Shown here in pieces: positions 23,780-35,000 of a stretch of DNA of 63,576 nucleotides. The translations under genes and the position numbers were made by a program. Under the pieces are notes generated by a model. That model ran no database searches. It worked only from the letters and a program-made list of their open reading frames with translations, and was not told where the DNA came from. The DNA lies in assembly GCF_001447785.1 (NCBI RefSeq), contig NW_015164211.1, forward strand, positions 360,012-423,587. The letters are read 5' to 3'. The DNA is from Gekko japonicus (taxonomy: Eukaryota). Position 1 is the first letter of the stretch. Each line of letters starts with the position of its first letter.

Positions 23780-26700
23780 AGTTTATGATTAAGGAACTGG
23801 CAAAAACTCTTACTTGGCAATGAAAAATGGGTGAATGGCTGCTTGTAGCCTGCTGCAGAGTGGTTTCTGTTTGGTTCTTTTGTCTGGTTTGTTGCTGACT
23901 GAGGAGGGTCTGTTTGTTTGGGAGTGATTGCTGGCCCCGCTCTCTGCTGATGCTGTTGAGGAGCAGGGGCTGTGAGCCTTTGAACTGCTGATAGACAAGA
24001 GCCAAAGGGAGGTTGTCTAGGGGACCCTACAAGTAGCCAAGAGGTTTTTACATTCCTATATGTGTTACAGCTTTTGGCTTTGGAAAATGTTAGGTCAGGT
24101 CTGTAAGTTTCAGGTTACATTAATGCACAAGGGAAACTCTAGGGTGAAGGAATCCACTTGGAAGGTGAGGAAAGCTCAAGACCCATTTCCAGTCACCTGC
24201 AGGGAGTGTGCCATGTTTGTTTTCCTCCCTAGGAAAAAGATGGACCTCACTTGTCAAAAGTCTAAACTGATAGGGCTCTTAGAAGAAAAGGTTCGGAGCC
24301 GGGAGGAAAGGACTGCTACCCTTCATGAGATTAAGGAAGGGGAGGATTTTGTTAACAGAAGCCGTGAAGGCCTACATAGGTATGCGGAAACCAGTCAAAA
24401 GGACAACAGAGTGGATGAATTCCTTAACAAACCTCCTCTGAGTGCTACAGCACAATTTTGAAGACGTCAAACAAGACAGCACTCAGTGCCACTTGAACTC
24501 AGGAATAAATTCCAAGCGTTTTCAGTGGAGACAGAGACGGAAACACTGGGAGAGAAAGAGCCACAAGGACAAGAAAGACAGAGTGAGGAGGGCATGAGGA
24601 TATGAAGAAATAACATTGGAAGGGAGAGAAAAGTGTTGGTCATTGGTGACACTCTGCTGAGGGATATGGAGTATCATGTGCCTAGGCCTGACCTCTTAAC
24701 CTGAGAGCTGTGTTGCTTGCCAGGGGCAAAGATTAAAGAGATTGCTGACCAAATACCAAAACTGATCAAACATACAGATCATTACCCATTTGTGATGGTC
24801 CACATGGGAAGAAATGACACAGCTGTAAACACCATCACAAACATTAAGACTGACTATGAAGCTCTCAGGAGAAAACTAAAGGAAATGGGGGCACAGGTAG
24901 TGTTCTCTTTGAACCTTCTTGTCACAGGAATACGAATGCAACAGGAACAAAAGACAGTAGTGGTCTTGGTGGTGCTGGCAGAAGTGATTTGGATTCTGGG
25001 ACCATGGGCTAGGTTTTCTGGAAGATGGCCTACTTTTGTTGTTCAGTTGCACAGTCGAGTCCGACTCTTCGCGACCCCATGGACCATCTCCCGCCAGGCC
25101 CTCCTGTCTTCTGCCGTCCTCTGAAGTTGGCTCAATTTCATGTTTGTTCCATCGATGACACTGTCTAACCATCTCATCCTTTGCCGTCCCCGTCTTCTTT
25201 GACCTTCAATCTTTCCCAGCATCAGGGTCTTCTCCAGTGAGTGCTCCCTTCTAATTTGGTGGCCAAAGTATTTGAGCTTCAGTTTCATTATCTGTCCTTC
25301 CAGGGAACAGTCAGGGTTGATTTCTTTTAGGATTGACTGATTTGATCTTCTTGCAGTCCAAGGGACTCTCAAGAGTCTTCTCCAGCACCATAGTTCAAAA
25401 GCATCTATTCTTTGGCGCTCGGCCTTCCTTATAGTCCAACTCTCGCAGCCATACATGACTACTGGGAATACCATTGCTTTGACCATGCGGACTTTTGTTG
25501 GCAGGGTGATGTCTCTACTTTTTATCATGCTGTTTAGGTTCGCCATTGCTTTCCTCCCAAGGAGCAGGCATCTTTTAATTTCATGGCTGCAGTCACAGAC
25601 TGCGGTGATCTGGGATCCCAGGAACGTGAAGTCTGTCACTACTTCCACGACTTCCCCTTCTATTTGCCAAGGAGTGATGGGGCCGGATGCCATGATCTTA
25701 GTTTTTTTGATGTTGAGCTTCAAGCCCAATTTTGCGCTCTCCTCTTTTATCCTGAGCAAGAGGCTCTTTAGGTCCTCTTCACTTTCTGCCATTAGAGTGG
25801 TATCGTCTGCATATCTGAGGTTGTTGATCTTTTCCCCAGCAATCTTAATTCCCGGTTGTGATTCATCCAGGCCAGCATTTCGCATGATGTACTCTGCATA
25901 TATATTAAATAAGCAAGGTGACAATATACATCCTTGTCGTACTCCTTTTCCTATGCTAAACCAATCAGTTGTTCCATATCCGGTTCTAACTGTCGCTTCT
26001 TGGCCCTTAGTATGCAATAGATTTAACCTATCAAGGTTGGGGAAGAATGTGTTTGGTAGGAATTGGAGGAGATTCATCAGGGCTTTAAACTGACATCACA
26101 AGGGGAAGGAGACAACCAACATAAGGGTTTCAATGAAGAAGAGCAAACAACAGAGGGCCACCTGGGAAGGCCAGGTCAAATGGAGCTGAAGGTGTGGGCT
26201 TCAGGTGCCTATGTACCAATACCCAAAACTTGCACAATAAGAAGGAAGCGCTTGAGCTTCTAAGGCAGACAGAGGGATATGATTTAGTAGGCATTCCAGA
26301 GACCTGGTGGAATGATCCCCATGACTTGTATGTAGTAGTGGATGGATATGAGTTGTTCAAGAAAAACTGAAAGGGTCGATGAGGAAGCAGAGTGGCGCTG
26401 TATGTGAGGAGAGGGTTTGGTTGTCAGGAAATATTGGAGGTGGTGGGTGACAGCCCAGGGGAAAGTATCTAGGTGAGGATAAGGGAAGGATGGACAAACA
26501 GTATTGTGGTTGAAGTCTGCTACAGACCTCCTGACCAGGGTGAGGAGGTGGATGCTGCCCTCCTTGAGCAGTTTGACAGTATTTCCAAGCAATTTGATCT
26601 TTTAGGTATGGGTGACTTCAGCTTCCCTGACATGTGCTGGGAGACAACTTCTCCTAAGTGTCCAGAGGCAAGCAACCTCCTAACCTGCCTGGCCAACAAG

Positions 26701-28010
26701 TTCCTTTTCCAAATGGTGGAGAAAGCTACAAGCTCAGCCATACTTAGCTTAATATTAACCAACAGGCAACAGTTGGTAGACAGAGTGAAGGTAGTGGGGA
26801 CCTTAAGGGGAAGTGACCATATCCTCCTAGAATTCTTTTTGCTGGGGGGGTGGGGGTGGGAAGAAGCTTGTAGCCAGACATGTAAGATATTAGTAAGGTG
26901 GACTTTAATGAACTCAGAGGCATGGTGAGAGTCATTCCATGGGCCAGAATGCTGAAAAGGAAAGAAGCAAGTGAAGGGCGGGCTCTCTGAAAACAAGAGC
27001 TCTTGCAAACCATCAATATTTCAACAGAGTAAGCCGAAGTTGGCCAAGGAGGCTTGCTACAAGAAGAAAAGCTTCTTCAGCTATGTGAGCAGCAAATGCA
27101 AGGTAAAAGAGGCAATAGGCTCACTCTTGGGTGAAAATGGAGAAACTCTGACAGAGGACAGAGAGAAAGCAGAAAGGCTCAATGCCTATTTTGCCTCAAT
27201 TTTTTCCCTGAAGAAGAGAACAGGCTTATCTAGAGGTGGTATTGGGCAAGGCACGGTGTCCAGGCTGCTGGTTGGCATGGACAAAGAGGTTGTTGAGAGG
27301 TACCTGGCTGAATTGGATGAGTACAAATTCTCTGGGCCAGATGGAGTGCTCCCAAGAGTGCTCAAAGACCTTTCTAGAGAGCTTGCAGAGCCTTTGTCCA
27401 TCATCTTCAAGACCTGTTGGAGGACAGGAGATGTACCACAAGACTGAAGGAGAGCAAATGTTATACCTGTTTTTTTAAAAAGAGGAAGAATGACCCAGGC
27501 CAGCAGATTTTAAAGGGGTCAGTCTGTGAGCATCTGAAAGACAGGTTGGTGATACAGGGAAATCAGCACAGATTTCTCCCCAACAGGTCCTGCCAGACCA
27601 ACCTCATTTCCTTCTTTGATCAAGTGATGAGTGTACTGGATCTTGGATATGTTATTGATGTTGTTTACTGGGTTATCAGTAAAGCTTTTGACACAGTTCC
27701 CTATGACGTTCTGGGTAAACTGGAGGACTGTGGACTAGGCTCTAGGATAGTTAGGTGGATAGGGAACTAGTTGGAGAACTGCACCCAAAGACTAGATGTC
27801 AGTGTCATTTCATCTGATTCAAGAGAGGTATCCAGTGGGGTGCCACAGGGCTAGGTTCTGGGCTTGGTTCTTTTCAATATTTTTATAAATTATCTGGATG
27901 AGGGTGTGGAGGGGCTACTCATTAAATTTGTAGATGACAGCAAATTGGGAGGAGTAGCAAACACACCGGAAGACAGAGACAGAATTAAACAAGATGTGAA
28001 CACATTGGAA
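23780..28010 (+). mobile_element. Long degenerate CR1 LINE (5'UTR, ORF1 zinc-finger plus SGNH esterase, ORF2 APE endonuclease and RT); 3' truncated and interrupted by BovB
   Basis: ORF1: VTCRECAMFVFLP..CQKSKLIGLLEEKV, KVLVIGD, CLPGAKIKEI..VMVHMGRNDT, LSRLGKNVFGRN..RALN; ORF2: VCYRPPDQ..GDFSFPD..LILTN..GSDH, KAERLNAYFASIF, GPDGVLPRVLK, NRSCQTNLISFFD..SKAFDTVP, LFNIFINYLD..KFVDDSKLGG; many stops and frameshifts. Confidence 0.92.
25036..26005 (-). mobile_element. BovB/RTE-clade LINE, 5'-truncated, nested in CR1 ORF1
   Basis: Open frame GQEATVRTGYG..GVRQGCILSPCLFN..NNLRYADDTTL..KLNIKKTKIM..MYGCESWT..RIDAFELWCWRRLLRVPWTARRSNQS..HGVAKSRTRL is characteristic of BovB; (CAA)n tail. Confidence 0.95.
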
Positions 28011-28465
28011 AGATCCAGATCACCTCAGAGCACTAGCTCTGATATGTTGATTTGGCAGTGGGAACCTACAGCCCAGCCGTAGAACTCTGCTTAGCTGAGT
28101 GGCACCAAAGAGATGCTATTAATGCAGTCGTTATACTTCTGGTGCAAAATCAAACTGCTTTTAACTGTATTTTCCAATGCAAAGGTTTTCAGTACAGAGC
28201 CACAGAGATGCTACTCTGCACAGACAATAATAGCCAACCATAGTTTTCAACTGAGTACCAGAGGTTCCAGTTGTGTGTGCCACTGGTCTTCTTCTGTTTC
28301 TACAAGCAGTTCTGAACGTTTTCCAACCACCTACCCAACTCTGTACAACTGAACTCTATATAGAAATAATCATTTATTGCATTTTTCCAGTGTAAACTTG
28401 CTTCCAATCAAGGAATGAGACTGATTAGAACTTGGGTCAAGGCCTTCTCAATTATGGACCTATAG

Positions 28466-28910
28466 CAGGGGTCCCCAATGTAGTGCCCATGGGCACCATG
28501 GCACCTGCTGACATCTTTTCTGACACCCGCCAAGTCTTTTTAGAAAGTGGGAGAGGCCAGGTGGAGCTTTTGTACAGCAGGGCTTCTGAGTGGCCATTGG
28601 AGGTTTGTTTGTTTTTTAAATTATGCTTTGGGAGCAGCTGCTACCACAGCAAAAGCATCTTCATTGTGTGACTGAAAGTAAGCTGTGTGTGCAAGGAAAT
28701 ATTTTTATAGGATTTTCATTTTAAAAGGCATCCTATTAAACAGAGCTCCTGACTGAAATGTTGAAGCGTTACTACTAGTTATAAGTAACCCCACTCCCTA
28801 ACACCACGTGGTTGGCTCCGCCTCCTGTGGCAGCCATTTTGTGGTTGCACCCACCATGCTGTGTCAGAATACCAAAAGTGCCCACAAGCTCAAAAATTTT
28901 GGGAACCCTG
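28466..28910. mobile_element. hAT-type MITE; partial related copy at ~20085-20290
   Basis: TIRs CAGGGGTCCCCAA / TTTGGGAACCCTG, with near-duplicated flanks (CCTATAG). Confidence 0.7.
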
Positions 28911-29529
28911 ACCCTATAGAATCAACTGTCCTGTGAGTTCTGCCATAAGTCTCTTGCAATTTAACAGCATGTTACACACACACAGTGATTTGAGGAGGCA
29001 AGAGGGTGGAGGCTTTCATGAGATATGCATAGTTAGCTACATACACTTTGAAAAGAGGGGATCCAGCCTGTCAGCAGGTGTTACCCAAAGAGGGTAACTG
29101 GGGGAATTATTTAACTGGAGAAATTAGCTTAAGGAGACAGAGCGAGGGGGGGGACTGGAATCCCCACCTATATATATGGGGATCTTTTCCTTAGAGAACT
29201 CTCAAACTCGCGGGGAGAATTCCCCGCTCGCGGGGAAGGGCAGGGTATAAATCAAAATAATAAATATAAATAAATAAAATAAACCCGTCAGATGTTCAAC
29301 TGGAAAAGGTTTTACTGAAATAGGAATAAAAGGGCAAACACACACATAATCACACATAAAACACACAAGCTAGCTAAGAGAAATAAGGGAGGAGATGGGA
29401 GAGAGAGATTTCGGGGAGGTGATAGTTAGCAATCTCGAAGAGCAAGGTCCATAGAGGCAGCAGCGAAATGACCAACATTTCATGGAGAAAAGTAGGTCAG
29501 CCCCAGAGTGGAATGACAGCCCCTAGGAC

Positions 29530-30290
29530 TGGAATTAACACAGATGTAATCATACTATGCCTTGGATGTGCAAGTGAAATGCCTTGTCCCATGTTCGTTA
29601 AATGTGGAACAAAGAGTCACGCAAGATTTACTGACATAAGCAAAATCAGAATTTCTCTTAGACAGAATGTATTTGTTGCCTTGATTGAACCACAAGCCAT
29701 CACTGGCTGTGACACTGTAAGTGCTTTTACAGGCTGAACTAAATTAACTCCCTTGAAACTACTGAGAACAGTCAAGAACTACCAGGACACATTGAGCTAA
29801 CCAGGGAAGACATGGGAAATCTCTACAGAGTTGTTTAAGATACAGCAATTCACCCATCAAATGTATGTTTCAGATAACTGCAATTCTTCTGTAAATGAAC
29901 TACACTACTAACTATTTGTTGTGCCAAGTGTGGAGAGGTGGAGTCCAGCTAGCTTCCAGCATACAAAGATTGCACACACTTAAGGCCAACTTCCAGGCAA
30001 GAATTTGGAGGCACAGTTTGCAAAGTCAGACAAAGGTACCTAGCCCAAACGACTATGGATGGATGGAAAAGATTTTTATCATCAACTGGATTAATGAGCC
30101 ACTCACACCAACTACAGTTTTGGAGATGTTATCATGCAAATCTGCACATTTCTGTCAACTGCCAGACTGCTCATGTCTGTCTTGTGGACTTACTTGGTAT
30201 GTTTAAATTACAGACATGTAGGAACCAGAAGAGGGGGAAAACAGATGTGGACTTTGCAGCTGAATTTGAGGACTTAGAACATGATTTCAC
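29530..30290 (+). pseudogene. Fossil DNA-transposon ORF with an XPG-like (TGCDTVSAF) domain and Cys-rich C-terminal zinc finger, resembling Academ (AcademX) proteins
   Basis: Across frames: TDVIILCLG..AITGCDTVSAFTG, SVNELHY, CAKCGEVESS*LP, LHTLKANFQARIWRHSL..PSPNDYGW..INW..P..VLEMLSCK..C..PDCSCLSCGLT..LQTCRNQ; stops and frameshifts. Confidence 0.65.
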
Positions 30291-30299
30291 TGATGATGT

Positions 30300-30985
30300 G
30301 GTAGTTGTCATCCCAGTCTCAGATCAATTCATTGGGTCCCAGAGAATGTCATGCCACTCTGGGGGCTGTCATTCCAGTTCCAGAACACTTCTGCCACTCT
30401 TAGGGACCATCCATCCAGTCTGGTGGTGGTCATTTCAGTCCCAAAACACTTGTCATTCCTAGAGACCATCACTCCAGTCTGGGGGCTGTCATTCAAGTTC
30501 CAGATCAGTTTATCTTGTCCCTGGGAACATCACTCCACTCTGGAAGCTGTCATTAAAGTCCCAAATCAGTTTATCTGGTCCCCAAGAATATCATTCTACT
30601 TTGGAGGCTATCATTCCAGTTTATCTAGGCCCAAGTGTTGTAAAAAATAGTTAAAAGTGTTTAATACTCAGAGTATCAATGGATCTTGCTCTATTGGAAA
30701 TAAGATTTCTTTGCCTTTAAAAACATTTATTTCTAAGGGTAAAGTTACATGGAAAAACTACAAATAAAGAGAACGCGAACAGCTACATTTTCTAAGCTGT
30801 CTATAGTCAACACTAACACAGAGATAATGGAGAATCTGTCATCAAGGACCATCATTCCACTTTGAGGGCTGTAATTCCAGTCCCAGAACACTTACACTAC
30901 TCCCAGGGGCGATCATTCCACTCTGGAGGCTGTCATTCCAGTTCCAGAGTGACCCAGGGGTCATTATTCCACTCTGAGGAGTGCC
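30300..30985 (+). repeat. Degenerate ~60-bp tandem repeat array (about 8 units, interrupted at ~30635-30845)
   Basis: Unit approximately TCATTCCACTCTGGAGGCTGTCATTCCAGTCCCAGAACACTT...CCCAGG recurs at about 60-bp spacing. Confidence 0.8.
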
Positions 30986-31289
30986 AGGTTTCTCAAAATG
31001 TGTTCCGCATTTTCATTGCAAATATCTGTACTTTAACATATTTTTTCCCAGTGGAACCCATGCAAGTAAATTGGCTTTCCTGACTCCCATTTTACCTAAT
31101 ACGTATATCCCTGTTTTCTCACTAGACATTCTTTTAATTTCATTTACTACACCCCTTCAAAGCACCCTAATACTTACTACACCTTCAGAAAATGTGCAAA
31201 AAAACCCCAATCCCATTTTACAGAAAACGAAATGAGGTTGAAGCAGCTGCTTGTTTTCCTTACTGAACCGAAACTTGTTTCTTCTTCCC

Positions 31290-32016
31290 ACTTGGGTGCG
31301 CACCCCCCGCGGCTTGAACAATTCTCACTCAGACATGCTCCTTCTTTCAAGCCCAACCCCAGGCGGCCGGCAGCTACCACCCTCGCCTGTGAGGTCGTCC
31401 CGCCCCATCCTTTCGCAAGCCAACCTTCCCCTCTAATCTTCCCTTCACCTCAGAGACACAACCCCGCCAATCAGCGAGACCAGAAGCCATCGCCACGGCA
31501 ACTCCACCAGACCAATCCCAATTAATCCCGCCCACATCTTCCACTCATCCAATTGCGAAGACGGTTTTTAGATGACTACCCAATAAGAAGGTCGCGATGG
31601 GGTCCGTCAAACAAATAGGAAAAGCAAAGTCCAATCGCCGATGGGTTTTTGCTTTCTTCTGTCCAATGGCGAGCCACTCTGGTGAAGTCCCGGTGCCACA
31701 GGAGCCGAGTTAGGCCAAACCCGGCGGCTGCTGCCTGTTCTTTTGAGTTTCGCTAAGGGGGTAGTCATTGCTTTGGCCTTTGTCCCCCTCGGGCTCTCCT
31801 TTCCGCCGCCTTCCCTCCTTATCCTCTCCCCCCAAGCCCGGTGGGCCTTCCGGCCGTTTCCGTCTCCATCCTGTGTGCCGTTTCTCTCGCTTGCCGGCTA
31901 GCGGTGCCCCCGGCACCGCCGCCCCCCCTCGGGGGCTCGGGCTCTGCCGGGAGAGGAGGGGGATTAACGCCGCCGCGGCCGGACTCGCCTCCTTCTCCTC
32001 TCCCCCAACACCATAG
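31290..32016 (+). promoter_or_regulatory. MEMO1: MEMO1 CpG-island promoter with 7 CCAAT boxes (31467-31667) and a probable non-coding first exon
   Basis: CCAAT at 31467, 31512, 31518, 31549, 31580, 31631, 31663; GC boxes; CpG island extends to ~32930; acceptor CATAG at 32016. Confidence 0.7.
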
Positions 32017-32033
32017 GCGGCTCAGGCACCAAG

Positions 32034-32094
32034 ATGTCCAACCGAGTGCTCTGCCGGGAGGCCAGCCACGCCGGCAGCTGGTACACGGCCTCAG
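32034..32094 (+). CDS. MEMO1: MEMO1 coding exon 1 ([21 protein letters not shown])
   Basis: Matches human [21 protein letters not shown]; donor GTATGG. Confidence 0.97.
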
Positions 32095-35000
32095 GTATGG
32101 GCAGGGTCACGCAGCGCTGCGGGAGAGTGAGTGAGTGGTGGGGTCTCGGGGGGCCTGCCTCGGGGGTCGGGGGGGTCAGGTAGTGGAGGCGCCCTGGGCA
32201 GCTAAATCGGAGCAGGGCGGAGTAGTGTGGTTGAATGGCCGCCGGCAGGGGAGACACTCGCGAGATTCCTCTCTCGGACTCGGTGTTCATTAATCTGGAG
32301 TAGCTGTCTAACACGCATTCACACATGCCGGTTCCCTACGGGCGATCGCTACGATGGGACACCCCCCCGGCCCCTCTCTCTCCTGTCCCTGAATGCCTTG
32401 AAAATGGAGTGGGGGGCACGCATGAAAACTGCTCCGATTGTTACTGCAAGAGGAGCGATGAAAGGTATTCCTCGGCAAGGAAAGCGTGCCGGGTTCTCGT
32501 AGTGGAGGTGGTGCTGCAAGACTGCCCGAGGTGGCTTAGCGAGAGGATCGGGAGGCGTCCGGGGCCTATGGGGTAGCAGTGATGGAGGCCGACATGGGGC
32601 ACGCAGAGAAAGCTTCTCTCCTTCCGCCCCGGCTGGTAGGGCCCTTGGTTGAAGGTCTCTTTCTCGAGTAGTCTCACGTTTTCAGACTGGGCCGTCTTGT
32701 CCTTTCACGAGGAGCTGCCGAGCCTGCGTTCCCGGCCCGGCTCCAGCGTTCAACAGTGCCCGGAGGAAGGGTGGTCTATACAGTCTGCCGCCGGGGAGGG
32801 CCACAAAAATGTCTCCTAGGTCGCCGCCTCTTAATAGCCTGTTTTTGCGGAAGCCCCGCCTTTGGGAGAAGGTGTCCGGGACAAAAGGCCACGAGATTCC
32901 TCCGGTGGTTTGGTGCGGCGTTAAAAAGCTGACAAAAATCTCAAGTGTGTGAATGAAAAGGGGTCATTTAGGGTAATGCGGGAGGGGAGAGGACGGGGAA
33001 GAAATGGATTGTGGGAAAGCAGCAGTTGTCACTTTGGATCGAGCTAGCAGAGTAGACCTCCTAATTCGGCATCTTGTCGCTGCCAAGACGACAAAGTTTG
33101 TTTAATAATTACGGAGATGAATGAAACCTTAGGAACCGAGGCTTTATGTTACTCCTGTGTAGAGCCTAGAATTCAAAGGCAACATATGCTTCAGAAAATG
33201 ATCCTTGGGATCTTAATATGTGCGTTTTGAAGTCATGCTTCTAGAGATCATGTGCTGATCAATGTCGCTCGTCAACACCGAGAATAAGAACATATATGGT
33301 CGGAGGAGTTGTCAGTCCTTCCCCCCTTTTGTTTCTGCTAGCCCTTTGAGGAAACGCTGCATACAGAGCTGCCCTCTACAGGATGAAAGAGGCACATGCT
33401 TCCCTAAGGATAAGTGTAATTTCTGGTGACTATATAAAGGCGCATGGGGGGGCCTTCTTCTCAATATAGAGGCAAAGAAATTAAATTTTGCATTCTCAGT
33501 CCAGTAGCTGCTTGATTGGAGTTGAGGCTTGGCAACTATGGCAAGTAACTTACCTCTAGATGTTGTATTTTAACTTAAAATTTTTGCCTGTGGTTCACTG
33601 TTGAACCTTCATATCTCTGTTCATCTAAGAAGAGACAGCCTCTTCAAACTATGGTAGGATTGCTTTTCAGATGTTTCATCTCAAGCAGTCTTAGTCTGGC
33701 TAGAGAATTCTATAGGAGCTGGTTGCCCTGGCAGCTGAAGCACACTCAATCATTCCTGACTTGCTTATGCCTTTGGGAGCTGCATTAATAGTGTCGAGGG
33801 AATTTGATACCAGGACAACTGATCACACTCCTGTTTTAACTGTGTCCTTAGCATCCCATTTTCCCTCTAGAAGCCCCAAGCACACCTCAGTGCCCTACAC
33901 CTTTCCAGTCTCTGCACCTTTCTGTAGCCAGATAGCAGTGCTGCCGGACATGATTGGGGCGGCATTTTCTGCTGGCGATAGAACACAGCATGAACTTATC
34001 TGGCTGCGATTTGGGTCTGTAAATGGACTGGGAAGTGTGATGGGGATGGAGCATAAATGGGGAGAATAAATGGTAAAGTGTTCTTTGAAGATGCCAGAGC
34101 CTGAAGCAGAGGTCTTTTGCTTACTTTGAATGTAGCGGGTACCAGGTTCAGTCTCTGATGCCTGTAGATAAAAGGATCTCAGGTAGAAGGCATTGTGAGA
34201 ACTTTCTCTGCTTGACACCCAGAATAGCTGCTGTTGGTCAGAACAGATATCTGAACTAATGGTCTGACAATAGAAAGGCAGCTTCACATAATTAGGGAGG
34301 AGCTCTGTTATATCAGTGTGAAATGTGTCTCCTTCCATTTCAAAATTCTCAGACCATGAATGAGGTATTGGGTCTGTAGCTATTAAGACAAGCAAAACTC
34401 TGGGCTCCTGAACAGACTGATTGCTTAAGTGTGTAGGATATACAAAAGGAATACCTGACTGAAAATCAGAAGACAAATTAGTAAAACTGAGGGGGCTTAA
34501 CATTTCTACAAAGCATACGGAGTACTTCACCTCTTTCATGCTGGCCTTTGAACCCAGCTTGGGGATGGAGCAGGAAGGGCAGTGTGTGGGGGGGGTAAGG
34601 GATGACAGTTGAGGAACTGGGGGAATAGAAGAAGGAAAGTGGTTCTTTCAGCCCTCTTCCTGAAACTGATGGGCTGTTACCTAGATAAAAATAAAAATCC
34701 TAGTGTAGAGGAGGCTGGTTGAAAAGTTGTCTAGCTGGTCACAATCTTAATTTTTAATAGGTGGGGTAATTATAATATGTTTTTAACTAGTTTGGTGTTC
34801 TGTCTTGTACACTGTCCAAATTTGCTGGATGCATTGCAGAACAAACACATTCCTCGCTCTCAGGAGTTGGCAGCAGGACAAAGAGAACTGAACAGGCTGG
34901 CTAGACAGGTTTGCTGGGGTCTGCTGCTTGGGTCTCCTGCTTACTGTACAGAAAAACCTGGTGTGAGCTTAGCAGTTAAAAGAGAGCTTGTATATGCCAG

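Noticed and set aside
25455-26093. 212-aa plus-strand ORF
   Set aside because: Antisense frame of the BovB RT running into the end of CR1 ORF1; not an independent gene
6403-32034. In-frame DPY30-MEMO1 read-through fusion protein
   Set aside because: The MEMO1 acceptor (32016) is 17 nt before the ATG, so DPY30 coding donors (phases 0, 0, 2) all join out of frame; a non-coding read-through cannot be judged from DNA
33895-34539. 214-aa minus-strand ORF in MEMO1 intron
   Set aside because: No recognisable domain or coding-like composition, and it partly overlaps repeat-like sequence; a blastp or PhyloCSF hit would be needed
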